From an uncultured Chthonomonadaceae bacterium (lineage in GTDB: Bacteria > Armatimonadota > Chthonomonadetes > Chthonomonadales > Chthonomonadaceae): 57,315 bases of DNA. The position numbers and the translations under genes were made by a program. Position 1 is the first letter of the stretch. Every line of letters starts with the position of its first letter. Of the stretch, positions 1 through 11,258 are shown one piece after another. The notes under the pieces were generated by a model. That model was not told the origin of the DNA. It made no database searches and saw nothing but the letters and a program-made list of their open reading frames with translations. The stretch spans positions 1 to 57,315 of the forward strand of contig CAWIEK010000067.1 in the NCBI GenBank assembly GCA_963835065.1, read 5' to 3'.

Positions 1-309
1 GGTTGCTCGAAGTGGAACCCGATTGAACACCGCGTCTTCAGCGAGATCAGCAAGACGTGGGCCGGGTGTCCGTTGCGCGATTATGACACCGTGCTGGACT
101 ACTTGCGCCAGACAACAACGGCAACGGGCCTCAAAGTCACGGCGCATCTGGTGACGCAGGTGTACCAAAAAGGCATCCAGATAGCCGACAATGTGATGAA
201 GGCACTGAACCTGACGGCGCATGAAGTGTGTCCGCAATGGAACTACACCTTGCGTCCAAGACAAACCGTTATGCCCGCTTGATTCGGGAACTTATACTTT
301 TACAGACCC
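1..309 (+). mobile_element. ISAzo13-family insertion sequence, 3' part (transposase C-terminus to 282, right TIR to 309)
   Basis: Frame 1 reads GCSKWNPIEHRVFSEISKTWAGCPL...WNYTLRP, the SKWNPIEHR/WNY signature of ISAzo13 (Rhodopirellula-type) DDE transposases. Right end CGGGAACTTATACTTTTTACAGACCC is followed by TAA. Confidence 0.9.
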
Positions 310-402
310 TAAGTTTATTTTATGGCCTTCAGGAAAGAAGGATCGAGGAGGAACATGTTCCCTTGTTGTTCCTTCATTTTCACATCTGTAGCACTTTCGC
401 AA
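310..402 (-). pseudogene. N-terminus of an HNH-type endonuclease-like gene interrupted by the IS
   Basis: Manual translation from TTG (RBS-like GAAAGGA upstream): LRKCYRCENEGTTREHVPPRSFFPEGHKINL, a CxxC...TxEHVPP motif that runs directly into the IS end. Confidence 0.65.
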
Positions 403-525
403 TGTTGTAATCCTTTCTGTGCAGCTTCTATGTCAGCGGTAATCCCTCCTTCGTTTGGTAGCGAATGACCTGCCCACATCGACACGTCGCCTTATGTTCC
501 AGCCCGCCGCAAGTGCAGGAAATGT

Positions 526-648
526 CTACGAGCCACTTACATGCCTTGCTGCCATTCTTCCCGTTCTCTCTGGCCTGTGCCACTTTGCGTTCCGATTCCA
601 TAGTACCAATGTGGCAAACACTTCCTGCTGTTCTGCCGTGAACTCCAT
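526..648 (-). CDS. Possible 40-aa small ORF
   Basis: AAGGAG RBS plus ATG; MEFTAEQQEVFATLVLWNRNAKW...; no recognisable motif. Confidence 0.3.
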   Translation of the reverse strand: MEFTAEQQEVFATLVLWNRNAKWHRPERTGRMAARHVSGS

Positions 649-764
649 AGCAATCTCCTTTTGTTGTTTAATGTACCATAATCTGAAATTTTCCGGTACA
701 CTGGCACATCATTCTACGCAATCGCAGCGACGAACCACCATGTTCTGTCTATCGAGAACCACCC

Positions 765-849
765 CTGACGAGTACAAGATTTTGACAGCAAAAAGGGATA
801 AAAATAGTGCAGAGCAGGCTGACGAGTACCAAACCTTGACAGCAAAAAG
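765..849 (+). repeat. Two 31-bp imperfect direct repeats, 54-bp period
   Basis: CTGACGAGTAC-n-TTGACAGCAAAAAG at 765-795 and 819-849. Confidence 0.75.
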
Positions 850-973
850 AAAAATACGGCAGGACAGGCAAAACGCTGCAACATTTTCCCCAACAAGGCC
901 GTCTAAAAACATGTACATGAGTCTACTATACAGGAAAGGGAACAGCCGCCTATGCTCTGCCTGCTCTCCCGCC

Positions 974-1081
974 CGCCCTGACGCCGCTGAGGTCACGACG
1001 CCTCTCTTCTACAACCTGACACAACGAGACATCGGGCTGGAAGCGCTGCATTGCCAAGATTTCGACGCTGCCTCTACATAT
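974..1081 (+). repeat. 108-bp dispersed repeat, copy 1
   Basis: Matches the reverse complement of 15408-15515 with 6 mismatches by manual alignment. Confidence 0.9.
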
Positions 1082-1245
1082 TTTCTTAAATGTATTCTAA
1101 TCGTTTTTCTTTCTCCCGAATGTGGGAATCCTCTTTTGAAAACTCTGCACCTCCCTTTGCGCGTATGATAGAATAGTTTGTGCGACGAGTTATTCTTCAC
1201 GGCTATTTTTGGTTATTTTGGTTGATTACCCCGGAGAAATAAAAT

Positions 1246-4200
1246 ATGAAGCGTGTTCGCGCAGCGGCGTTCCGAACCGGAAAACGCGCCGTCTTTTTTC
1301 ATTTGAATGGCAGCCTGCTGCTGGCAATAGGATTGGCAACCAGTTTGGGAGCGCAAACGGCCCCGCCGCCTGTGACACCCACCACGCCCGTCACGCCGAC
1401 AACCACGCCGGTTGTGACGACAACCGCCCGTGTGGATGCGGGCAATCTGCTGCGTCTGCCCGACAACAAGCCCATACGCGGCATGGGCTGGCCCGCGCTT
1501 TCCCCGGATGGCAAAACGCTGTGCTTTGTCTATCTGGGCGATCTGTGGACGGTTCCCACTTCAGGCGGCGTCGCCAATCGCCTGACCGTGCATGAAGCGC
1601 TGGACGCTTATCCGCGCTGGTCGCCGGATGGCAAGTTTATCGCGTTTACCAGTACCCGCGCGGGCAACGCCGACATTTTCCTTGTGCCTTCCGAGGGCGG
1701 CTCTGCCCGTCAGGTGACGTTCAACGCCACTGCGGATTGGGTCACGGACTGGTCGCCGGACGGCACGAAACTGCTGTTTTACTCCGTGCGCGATACCCGC
1801 ACCTTTGCCCTGTTCACGCTCGATCTGCGGACGCTCGCCGTCAAGAAGGTGAGCAACGACGAGGTTCCCCTGCGCTACGCTTCCTGGTCGCCGGACGGCA
1901 AAACCATCGCCTACACCCGTGCCGGTCAGCCCTGGTGGCGGCCCTGGTATCGGGGCAGCGTGGCTGCAAGCACCGTGATTGAGGACGTGGATACGGGCAA
2001 AGTCCGCACGCTCGTTAAATCCAACACGCAGCAGTTCTGGCCCCTGTATTCGGGGGATGGCAAAAGCGTGTACGTGACCATGATCTACGGCAACAGCAAC
2101 ACGCCCAACCTGTACCGCGTTCCCTTTGACGGCGGCAATCCCGTCGCGGTCACGAAGTACACGACGGACGCCGTGCGCTATCCCGCTATTGCGCATAATG
2201 GGAGCGCGATTACCTACCTTTATAATGGCGATTTGTACGTGGCGCGGCCCGATGGGAGTGACGCCAAAAAAGTTTCCATTATCTGCCACTCCGACGACAA
2301 GGTGAACAATCAGGAGCGGCGCGTTGTCAATGCGGGCGCGAACGAAGTGGAACTTTCCCCCGATGGCAAGCAGCTTGCACTCGTGATTCAGGGCGACATC
2401 TGGCTGCTCCCGGTTGCGGGCGGCGACGCCAAGCGCCTGACCGACGATCCGGCCAACGACGACGATATTATCTGGTCGCCGGACGGAACCAAACTCGTTT
2501 TCATTTCGGACCGGGGCAATCAGCCCGACGTGTACACGCTGGATGTGAAAACCAAAGCCGTGACGCGCCTGACCAATGACGCGGACACGGAAGCCAACCC
2601 GCAATGGTCGCCCGACGGCAAGTGGGTTTCGTTCGCCAAAGCCGGTTCGCAGCCCGGTTTGTACATCGTGCCTGCAGTTGGTGGCGACAAGCCGCGCCTG
2701 CTGGCAGCCGGCAACGGCAACAACAACTTCGGGCAGGGCATCACCAGCCATGCCTGGTCGCCCGACAGCAAGTGGGTCGCGTTTGCCCGCATGGACAGAT
2801 TTACCACAACGGATATCTGGGTGGTTCCCGCTGTGGGCGGCACGGCTGTCAACGTCACGCGCTACCCGGACGCCAACCTGCGGCCTCAGTTCACCAAAGA
2901 CGGGCGCAATCTGCTGTTCGTATCGAGCCGGGGCGGAGCTGTACCGCCTGCCGCTGGAGCGCGAGGACGACGCGCCCGTAGACGAGTCCGCGCCCAAAAA
3001 GAAGCCGGAAGACCGCAGCAAGAACGTCAAAATAGACTTTGAGGATATTTCGGAACGCGCCAAGCCCGTGTTCGGCGGCAGTGTCGCGGATTACGCGCCC
3101 TCGCCCGACAGCCAGCGCGTTGTCATCTCTACGGGCGTCGGCTTTCTCTCGGTCAGCATCAAGGGCGGGCCACCCACGCCCCTGTCGGCAGCCCCGGAAT
3201 TGGGCGGCAACATCGAATTCATTCCCGACGGTACGCGCTTCTTTTATACGGGCGCGAACGGGACGCCCCGCTCACTTGCCAACCTGCCCGGCCCGCCGCA
3301 AACCCCGCAGGTCGTGCCGTTCAGCGCGGAACTGCTGTTTGACCGCCGCGCCCTGTATCAGCAGGCGTTCAACGAGTTCTATCGCAAGTTCGGCGCGGAC
3401 TTTTACGACGCCAAAATGCACGGCGTCAACTGGGCCAGCCTGCGCGCCAAATATGAGGCGCTGCTTCCCGGTGTCGGGACGCCCGAAGAGTTCGCCAACC
3501 TGCTGTCGGAAATGGTGGGCGAAGTGAACTCGTCCCATTCCGAAATCGCCCCGGCAAGCGCGGGCGGCGGGCCACAGGCGGCGACCCTGGGCATATTCTA
3601 CGACGACACGTACACCGGCCCCGGCCTGAAAGTGACGAGCGTGATGCCCAAAGGCCCGGCTGACCTGCCGACAACGCGGGTTTTGCCCGGCGAGTACATC
3701 CTGAGCGTCAATGGCACGGATGTGGGCATGAACGAAAACTACTACGACCTGATGCACGATAAGGCCGGTAAAGTGGTGGATTTGCTGGTCAACAGCAAGC
3801 CGAGCAAAGAGGGCGCGCGAACCGTTAAGCTGAAAGCCATTTCGACCGCCGAATGGACAAACCTGGAATACGACGCCCGCGTGAAGCGCAACCGCGCCCT
3901 CGTGGACAAACTTTCGGGCGGACGCCTGGCGTATATCCACATTCACAACATGGACGGCCCCTCGCTGGCGAAATTCGAGCGCGAACTCTACAGCGACGCC
4001 CTGAACAAAGACGGGCTTGTCCTGGACATTCGGGGCAATGGCGGCGGCAACACGCACGACAAAATTTTGGAAGACCTGTCGCGGCACGTCTACGGGTATA
4101 CGCAGCCCCGTGACGGCCTGCGCCAGATGCAGCCCGTGCGCGCGTTTACCAAATCCGTCGTGCTGCTCATCAATCAGGAAAGCTACAGCGACGCGGAGAT

Positions 4201-4609
4201 TTTCCCCGCCGGGTTCCGCAGCCTGAAATTGGGCAAAATCGTCGGCGTGTCCACGCCCGGTTATGTCATCGGCACGTACAGCGGGCGGCTGGTGGACGGC
4301 ACGACGTACCGCCTGCCGATGTGGGGCTGGTACACCAACGAAGGCAAGAACATGGAGAACCTGGGCATTCCCCCGGACATCACGGTGGAAAACAAGCCCG
4401 AAGACATCGCCGCCAACCGGGACCGCCAACTGGAAACAGCGGTGCAAACCCTGCTGAAAGAACTGCCCGCGTCTTCGGGCACAACGGCAGGCAACGGAAA
4501 CGGCAGCGATTCTTCCGCATCCGCCAACCAGAACCCGAACGGCGGCTCGTCCGCCGCGCGTCCCGGCGGCAAGCCCGTGTCAGGCGACAAATCTTCCGCT
4601 GCGCCGTAG
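1246..4609 (+). CDS. Tricorn-like S41 peptidase with PD40 beta-propeller repeats and PDZ domain (frameshift near 2935)
   Basis: Signal peptide and many WSPDG repeats in ORF 1246-3042. ORF 2576-4609 continues with [12 protein letters not shown] and SYSDAE catalytic Ser motif. Confidence 0.9.
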
Positions 4610-4655
4610 TTCCGAAGCGTGCCTCACCTCCTGCTTCTCCGGCGTTTCTACAAAG

Positions 4656-4691
4656 GCGCGTAACGTTCGATCACACGTTACGCGCTTTTTG
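4656..4691 (+). terminator. Rho-independent terminator
   Basis: Stem GCGCGTAACGT/ACGTTACGCGC followed by a T-run, downstream of the S41 gene. Confidence 0.8.
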
Positions 4692-4833
4692 TCTTCCCTT
4701 TTACACCAAACCTTTCTCGTCGGTACAGGCTTAAACTTGCAGAAATTTTTATGCCGATTTCATACTTATGCCTTACAATAAAATTAAGAAGCAGGGAATG
4801 AAGCCATTTTCACCTGGAGCAAAGGAGTTTATT

Positions 4834-5718
4834 ATGCAGGTTGACCACAAAGACGAGGCGCTGCCCTCGCGCCGGCGCGTAATTCTCATGGGAGCGGCAG
4901 GCGCGGCGGCGCTTGTTGGATTGAACACGCGGGGAACTGCGCGGGCAGATACCGCGTCTTCCACCATACTGACGCCCGAAGAGACCGAGGGACCGTTCTG
5001 GATTGACGAAAAACTGAAACGCGCCGATATTCGCCTTGACCCGGCCAGCAAAACCTTGCAAAAAGGCTTGCCGCTGACGCTCAACATCAAAGTATCGCAG
5101 CTCAAGAACGGCGTGATTTCTCCTCTCAGTGGCGCGTATGTAGACCTGTGGCATTGCAACGCGATGGGCGAGTATTCCGACGTGCAGGGAACGACAGGGC
5201 AGAAGTTTTTGCGCGGCTACCAGGTGACGGACAGCAAGGGGCAGGTGCAGTTCACGACGATCTATCCCGGCTGGTATCAGGGGCGCACCGTTCACATTCA
5301 TGCCCGCGTCCGCACCATCGAAGGCGCGAAAACCACGCATGACTTCACCACGCAGTTTTATTTTGACGAGGCTGTGACCACGCATGTTTACAAACAGGCT
5401 CCCTACAGCGCCAAACCGGGCCGGGATATGTTCAACAAAACCGACGGCATTTACCGCAGCCCTGTTCGCGCCGGCAGCGCAACCCGCGCGGGCGGCGAAC
5501 TGCTGATGCTCAAACTGGTGGAAGACAGCCAACACGCGGTGGGCACATTCGACATGCTTCTCGACGTGGCAAACCTTCCCGCGCGCAGTCGTGGCGGCGG
5601 GCCGGGCGGACCGGGCGGCCCCGGCGGTCCGGGAGGTCCCGGCGGCAGAGGATTTGGTGGACCGGGTGGTCCAGGTGGCCCCGGCGGTCCGGGAGGCCCG
5701 CCACCCGATAGACCGTAA
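4834..5718 (+). CDS. Tat-exported intradiol ring-cleavage dioxygenase-like protein with Gly-Pro-rich tail
   Basis: AAGGAG RBS; SRRRVIL Tat motif; TEGPF, DLWHCNAxGEYS, YPGWY and VHIH iron-ligand motifs; GPG repeats at C-terminus. Confidence 0.85.
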   Translation: MQVDHKDEALPSRRRVILMGAAGAAALVGLNTRGTARADTASSTILTPEETEGPFWIDEKLKRADIRLDPASKTLQKGLPLTLNIKVSQLKNGVISPLSGAYVDLWHCNAMGEYSDVQGTTGQKFLRGYQVTDSKGQVQFTTIYPGWYQGRTVHIHARVRTIEGAKTTHDFTTQFYFDEAVTTHVYKQAPYSAKPGRDMFNKTDGIYRSPVRAGSATRAGGELLMLKLVEDSQHAVGTFDMLLDVANLPARSRGGGPGGPGGPGGPGGPGGRGFGGPGGPGGPGGPGGPPPDRP

Positions 5719-5740
5719 GCGCAAAAAGGACGAGAGTCGC

Positions 5741-6388
5741 GTGAGCGAAGTACAAAACAACAAAGTTATCGGTATCTTAGCGTTGCAGGGCGATTACGAC
5801 GCGCACCGGAAAGTGCTGGAAGACCAACTCGGCGCCCAAACCCGGCTTGTACGCGCTCCACAGGATTTAACGGACGTAGACGCCCTGATTTTGCCCGGCG
5901 GTGAAAGCACGACGATTGGCAAACTGATGCAGCGCATCGGCTTGGACGACGCCATCAAAGCGCGATTGGCAGCGGGGATGCCCGCGTATGGAACCTGCGC
6001 AGGTATGATTCTGCTGGCAAAGAACATTCAGGACAGGCCGGATCAACCGACGCTGAAAGCCTTGAACATCACCGTTGCTCGCAACGCTTTCGGACGGCAA
6101 ATTGACAGTTTCGAGGCGGACGTCCCTTTTCATCCGGCAGGCAACAACGGCAACGCGGAAGAGCAAGGAAACGGTGACAATGCCGTGCGCGGCGTGTTCA
6201 TTCGCGCGCCCTATGTCGTAGAAGCCGCGCCCGGTGTACAGGTTTTAGGCCATTTCCGCGATAAAATCGTGGCCGTGCAGCAGGGTACTCTGCTTGCCAC
6301 CGCCTTCCATCCCGAACTGACCGACGACCCGCAAGTCCATGCCTACTTCCTGAAAATAGTTGCGGCAAGCAAAGAACGGGGAAAATAA
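5741..6388 (+). CDS. pdxT: Pyridoxal 5'-phosphate synthase glutaminase subunit
   Basis: GILALQGD, PGGESTT, GTCAGMI and FHPELT motifs. Confidence 0.95.
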   Translation: MSEVQNNKVIGILALQGDYDAHRKVLEDQLGAQTRLVRAPQDLTDVDALILPGGESTTIGKLMQRIGLDDAIKARLAAGMPAYGTCAGMILLAKNIQDRPDQPTLKALNITVARNAFGRQIDSFEADVPFHPAGNNGNAEEQGNGDNAVRGVFIRAPYVVEAAPGVQVLGHFRDKIVAVQQGTLLATAFHPELTDDPQVHAYFLKIVAASKERGK

Positions 6389-6566
6389 ACCACGGAGAAC
6401 ACGGAGAAGAAACGAGAAAGGATTTACCACGGATGAAACAGATACCACGGATTGACGCGGATTAAATGCAACACTTGGATTTGATCCGTGTTCATCTGTT
6501 TCATCCGTGTCCTCCGTGGTAAGCATCCCCGTATTCCTCTCCGTGTTCTCCGTGTTCTCCGTGGTT
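6388..6566. repeat. Nested fold-back element of 9-nt repeats
   Basis: Outer arms AACCACGGAGAACACGGAGA / TCTCCGTGTTCTCCGTGGTT; inner arms CACGGATGAAACAGAT / ATCTGTTTCATCCGTG. Confidence 0.85.
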
Positions 6567-6594
6567 CATTCTCCTTTATGCAGGGAGGTAGATT

Positions 6595-8557
6595 ATGGTG
6601 GCGGGAGCGGTGGATTTGACGCGCAGCGCGTATGTGGCGATGCGGTCTGTGGGCGTGGATGCGGTACGGCTGGAAGATGGGTTTTGGAAGCCGCGTTTGG
6701 AAATCAATCGGACAGTGACGATTCCGGCGCAGTTGCGGCATTGTTACGAAACGGGGCGCGTTGACAACTTTCGGCGGGCGGCAGGGAAAGATCGGCGGCG
6801 AATTCAAGGGTCTGTACCCGTTCGATGATTCGGACGTGTACAAGTGGGCGGAAGCCGCGTCGTGGTCGTTGGCGACAATGCCTGACCCGAATTTGGAAGC
6901 CGATTTAGATGCAGTGATTCAGGAGATTGCGGATGCGCAACAGTCAGACGGTTATTTGAACACGTACTTCATGTTCGAGCGCGAAGCGGAGCGGTTTACG
7001 AACCTGAAGGACAAGCACGAGATTTACTGCGCAGGGCATCTGATACAGGCCGCGATTGCGCACCATCGGGCAACCGGTAAAACCACTCTGCTGAACGTCG
7101 CCATACGCTTTGCGGATTTGCTGGACAGCATTTTCGGGCCAGAGCCGAAACGCTTGGGAACGTGCGGACACGAAGAAGCGGAAATGGCGCTGGTCGAACT
7201 GTACCGCGAAACGGGAGAAGTTCGGTATCTGAACCTTGCGCGGTTTATGATAGATGCGCGGGGGCGTAAACCCGGTTTGTTCGGAGGAGGCAGGTACTAT
7301 CAGGATCACGCGCCGTTTATAGAGCAGGCGGATATGACAGGCCATGCCGTGCGGCAAATGTACCTGAATTGCGGCGCGGCGGATGTTTACGCCGAACAAG
7401 GCAATGTTCCCTATCGCCGCGCGCTGGAAAACTTGTGGGACAATTTCACCACAAAGCGCATGTACGTGACGGGCGGAGCCGGTTCGCGCTATGAGGGCGA
7501 AGCGTTCGGCGAAGATTACGAACTGCCCAATGACCGCGCGTACACGGAAACCTGCGCGGCCATCGGGAGCGTGATGTGGAACTGGCGGATGCTCAACATC
7601 ACGGGCGAAGCCAGATACGCCGACCTGATGGAGCATACGCTTTATAACGCGGTTCTGCCCGGCCTGTCGCTGGACGGAACGCGCTATTTTTATGAGAACC
7701 CGCTGGCGGATGCGGGCAAGCATCGGCGTCAGGAATGGTTCGGCTGCGCCTGCTGCCCACCCAACATCGCCCGCCTGCTCGCGTCCCTCCCCGGTTATTT
7801 TTACAGCACGTCGGAGGATGGCGTGTATGTGCATTTGTATGCGAAGGAACGGCAACGCTGCCAATGCCGGACGGCGGAGAAGATCGTACTGCAGCAGCAA
7901 ACCGAACTTCCCTGGGACGGCGGCGATTGATCTTCATGGATTCGAGAACGGCAATCCACGCAGGCGCTAATATCTTTGCTTGCGTATTCCCGAGATGGGC
8001 GCAAGTCCTTTTGGTACAGGATCGATGACGCGCAGATTGAATTGAACGGGCAAGACATGCCGGCGCGTCTTCCTATAGCCGCAAAGCCGGTGAACATACA
8101 CCCGAATTGCGCGCTCAGTGGAGCAGGAGACCTGGATTTCCCTGCGTCTGCCAATGGAGGTGGAACGTCTGCAAAGTCATCCACACGTTTTAGGAAACAC
8201 GGGACGTATCGCGCTTGCAGCGCGGCCCGCTTCTCTACTGCTCGAACAGGCGGATAGTCCTGACAGTGATGTGTGGGATGTGTATTTAGAGGAAGATGAG
8301 ACGGCTCTCGCAACCCTCAATGAGCCTGAATACAGGGTGGCATTGTAAAATTCGAGCGGCGTCGCAATGGCGCGAAGAACGGCGATATCAGAGCGGTGGA
8401 CTTTCAAAATTCATTCGGAAGGAACGCCTTTATGCCCCTGTATGCATTACCTATAGATTCCAGCGCCATGAAGCCAGTAGACATTACGGCCATACCGTAT
8501 TATGCCTGGGCCAACCGCGAACCGGGCGCAATGCAGGTGTGGATACCTGTTGCGTGA
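6595..8557 (+). CDS. GH127 beta-L-arabinofuranosidase-like glycoside hydrolase (several frameshifts)
   Basis: FDDSDVYKWAEA, HEIYCAGHL, GHAVR, YTETCA and CACCPPN motifs; C-terminal IPYYAWANR found by manual reading ending at TGA 8555-8557. Confidence 0.88.
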
Positions 8558-8662
8558 AATTTGACCTCATTCACCATAGATATGTGGACGCGCAATGTCT
8601 TAGTATGGGGCTATTTGGCCGCTCGCCCACAAACCACGCTCCGCACCGGTCTATAGTATACT

Positions 8663-9799
8663 ATGAGTATGTTTACCCTTCCTATAAACGCCTTGCGCGA
8701 ACAACCAAATACAAGTAACTCAATGCTCAACGCTCAACGCTCAATGCTTGATGCTCAATGCTCAACGCTGGATACTGAACACCGAACACGAACACGAACA
8801 CCGAGACCCTCCTATAACATCGGCTCCATTCGCATTGACCCGGCGGTAGTTCTTGCTCCGATGGCGGATGTGACGAACGGGGCATATCGGCGGCTGGTGA
8901 AGCGGATTGGCGGGCCGGGGCTGCTGGTGACGGAACTTATCAGCACGAACGCCATTCAGTACAAAAGCAAGAAAACGCTGTCCATGTTCGATGTGACGGA
9001 GGATCAGCGCCCGCTTGCCGTGCAATTATTCGGCAGCGACCCGCTCATCATGGCGGAAGCGGCGAAAGTGGCGGTGGGCGAAGGCGCGGACATTATTGAT
9101 ATTAACATGGGCTGCTGGGTTCCCAAAGTGTGCAAATCGGGCGGCGGCGCGGCCATGATGAAGGACGAGGCTTCCGCCTGCCGCGTGGTGGAAGCGATTG
9201 TCCGCGCCATAAATGTGCCGGTCACCGTGAAGACGCGGGCGGGCTGGAATTACGGGCATCTGGCGACGGCGCAACTGGCAAAGCGATTGGAAGAAGCCGG
9301 AGTGCAGGCGTTCGCGCTGCATGCCCGCTTTGCCGTACAGGGACACACGGGCGAAGCCGACTGGAACCTGATCCGCGAAATGAAAGCCGTCCTGACCAAG
9401 CCTGTTGTCGGCAACGGCGATGTGCGGACGCCTGAAGACGCGGTTCGGATGCTGCGCGAAACCGGCTGCGACGGCGTAATGATCGGGCGCGCGGCCATCG
9501 GCAACCCTTGGGCCGTCCGCGATATTACGCACTATCTGCGCACAGGCGAACTGCTGCCCCCGCCTGATTACGACGAGCGCGTAACCGTTGCCCTACAGCA
9601 CGTCACCGATCTGGCAAGCGTGATGGGTGAAAACAACGCCGTTCGGCACTTGCGCGGGCAGTTGCCGCACTATGTCAAAGGCTATACGGGCGCGCCCCGC
9701 CTGCGTGAAGCTATCGTCCGCGCCAATACCATTGCCGACATAGAATCCATATTCGCCGTCATGCGCGACCGCCTGCACGAATTTTGGAACTTCCGTTGA
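8663..9799 (+). CDS. dusB: tRNA-dihydrouridine synthase B (start uncertain; heptamer repeats at 8719-8804)
   Basis: VVLAPMA, DINMGCxVPKV and GVMIGRAAIGNPW motifs. Confidence 0.92.
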   Translation: MSMFTLPINALREQPNTSNSMLNAQRSMLDAQCSTLDTEHRTRTRTPRPSYNIGSIRIDPAVVLAPMADVTNGAYRRLVKRIGGPGLLVTELISTNAIQYKSKKTLSMFDVTEDQRPLAVQLFGSDPLIMAEAAKVAVGEGADIIDINMGCWVPKVCKSGGGAAMMKDEASACRVVEAIVRAINVPVTVKTRAGWNYGHLATAQLAKRLEEAGVQAFALHARFAVQGHTGEADWNLIREMKAVLTKPVVGNGDVRTPEDAVRMLRETGCDGVMIGRAAIGNPWAVRDITHYLRTGELLPPPDYDERVTVALQHVTDLASVMGENNAVRHLRGQLPHYVKGYTGAPRLREAIVRANTIADIESIFAVMRDRLHEFWNFR

Positions 9800-9920
9800 T
9801 GATGAAAGGAAACTCGATCTCGTGCTGGCAGACTGAACGGCTTGCCGGTTTCGACAGGCGTTCGTCAAAGACGACCGAGTGAACACAGATCATTCCATAC
9901 GAAAGAGAGAAGATTGCCAC

Positions 9921-10567
9921 ATGGTAGCGGCAAGACAGCGACAACGGAGCGGGTGTATACGCCGGATGAGTATTTGGCACTGGAGCGCGAGTCCGAATAC
10001 AGAAGCGAGTTTCTGGCAGGGCAAATCTATGCCATGTCCGGCGGCAAGCCCAAGGCATTGCTAATATTGCCGCAAATTTAATTTCAGAAATTGGCGTAGA
10101 GTTGAAGGGTAAGCCGTGCGACGTTTAACAAGCGACTTAAAGGTTCGCGCGACGTTCCGGCGTTGTATGCTTATCCCGATGTGACGGTTGTCTGCGGGAA
10201 CTTGATCTTTCACGATGAAGAGGAGGACGTGATTGTAAACCCAACACTGATCGTGGAAGTCTTTCGCCCACAAACGAAGGCTATTCGAGGTCGCAAATGG
10301 GCGCAGTACCAGTCTATCGCCTCGCTGCAAACCTATGTACTGGTGGCGCAGGATAGAGCGCGCATTGAGCAATATGTTCGGCAGCCGGACGATACCTGGC
10401 TGCTGTCAACGGCTGCCGGTCTGGACAAGAGTATCTACCTGGCCTCCATTGATTGTACGCTGGCGCTGTCCGAAGTTTACGAAGGGTTGATTTCAACCCT
10501 GCGCCAAGCGTATATCCGGCTTGACACTTTGCCTCACGCTAGGTATACTCCCTCACGCGCCCCTTGA
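9921..10567 (+). pseudogene. Uma2/DUF820-family endonuclease-like protein, frameshifted
   Basis: YTPDEYLALERESEYRSEFLAGQIYAMSGG, then YPDVTVVC...NPTLIVEV...YVLVAQD in different frames. Confidence 0.85.
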
Positions 10568-10648
10568 ACCTGGATGGTCCTGCTGTCGCGCCGTTTGAAC
10601 TTCCTGCATTTAACTATTTAGCATCAAGTTTTTAGAAGGACACGCCGC

Positions 10649-11148
10649 ATGGCGCTTTTTGGTTTTGAGTTGGAGGAGATTGCCCGCCTGATCGCGCTTG
10701 TGGACGCGCAGGGTCTGGAAGAGTTTATCTACGAGGAGGAAGGCCGCTTCCTGCGAATTCGCGGGCAGCGCGCCGCCAAACTCCCGCGTATCCATGTTGC
10801 CGCGCCGATCCCATCTGCTGCTTCTGAACCTGCGCCTTCCCGGTTCCCGCCAGTAACCGCCGCCCTGCGCCGCCCGCCAAAAAATCCGAGACGGTTCCCG
10901 CTGCCGATCAGATTGTTCTCGAATCGCCGATGATGGGCGTGTTCTATCGCGCGGAAAAAGCGGGCGCGGCCCCGCTCGTCAATGTTGGCGACCGGGTTTC
11001 CATCGGTCAAACCGTCGGCATCCTCGAAGCTATGAAAGTTTTTTCGGAATTCAAAGCGGAACACGCCGGCATCATCGCGTCTATTCCCGCGCAGGATGGG
11101 CAACTGGTGCAGGCCGGAGCGCCGTTGGTTGTGTTAAGGAAAGATTAG
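10649..11148 (+). CDS. accB: Acetyl-CoA carboxylase biotin carboxyl carrier protein (frameshift in Pro/Ala linker)
   Basis: N-terminal EEIARLI...LEEF region; SPMMGVFYRA; EAMK biotinylation motif. Confidence 0.85.
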
Positions 11149-11244
11149 GCATTAGGCATTAGGCATTAGGCAACCTATGCAGGAGAAAATTGGAATTTAT
11201 GGCAACTGCCTGTCAGTCGGCTTCTAATGCCTAATGCCTAATGC
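11145..11244. repeat. Inverted pair of heptamer arrays (TAGGCAT)n / (ATGCCTA)n
   Basis: Left array overlaps the accB stop; right array ends just before the hom RBS. Confidence 0.85.
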
Positions 11245-11258
11245 TTGTGGAGGTGTGC

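Noticed and set aside
765..849. CTGACGAG as a hammerhead ribozyme core
   Set aside because: No stem II followed by GAAA could be formed.
455..1168. 237-aa ORF as a real gene
   Set aside because: No recognisable motif; it runs across repeats and an opposite-strand small ORF.
5593..5700. GGC-CCG-rich repeat as a DNA element
   Set aside because: Synonymous variation shows it is a protein-level Gly-Pro linker.
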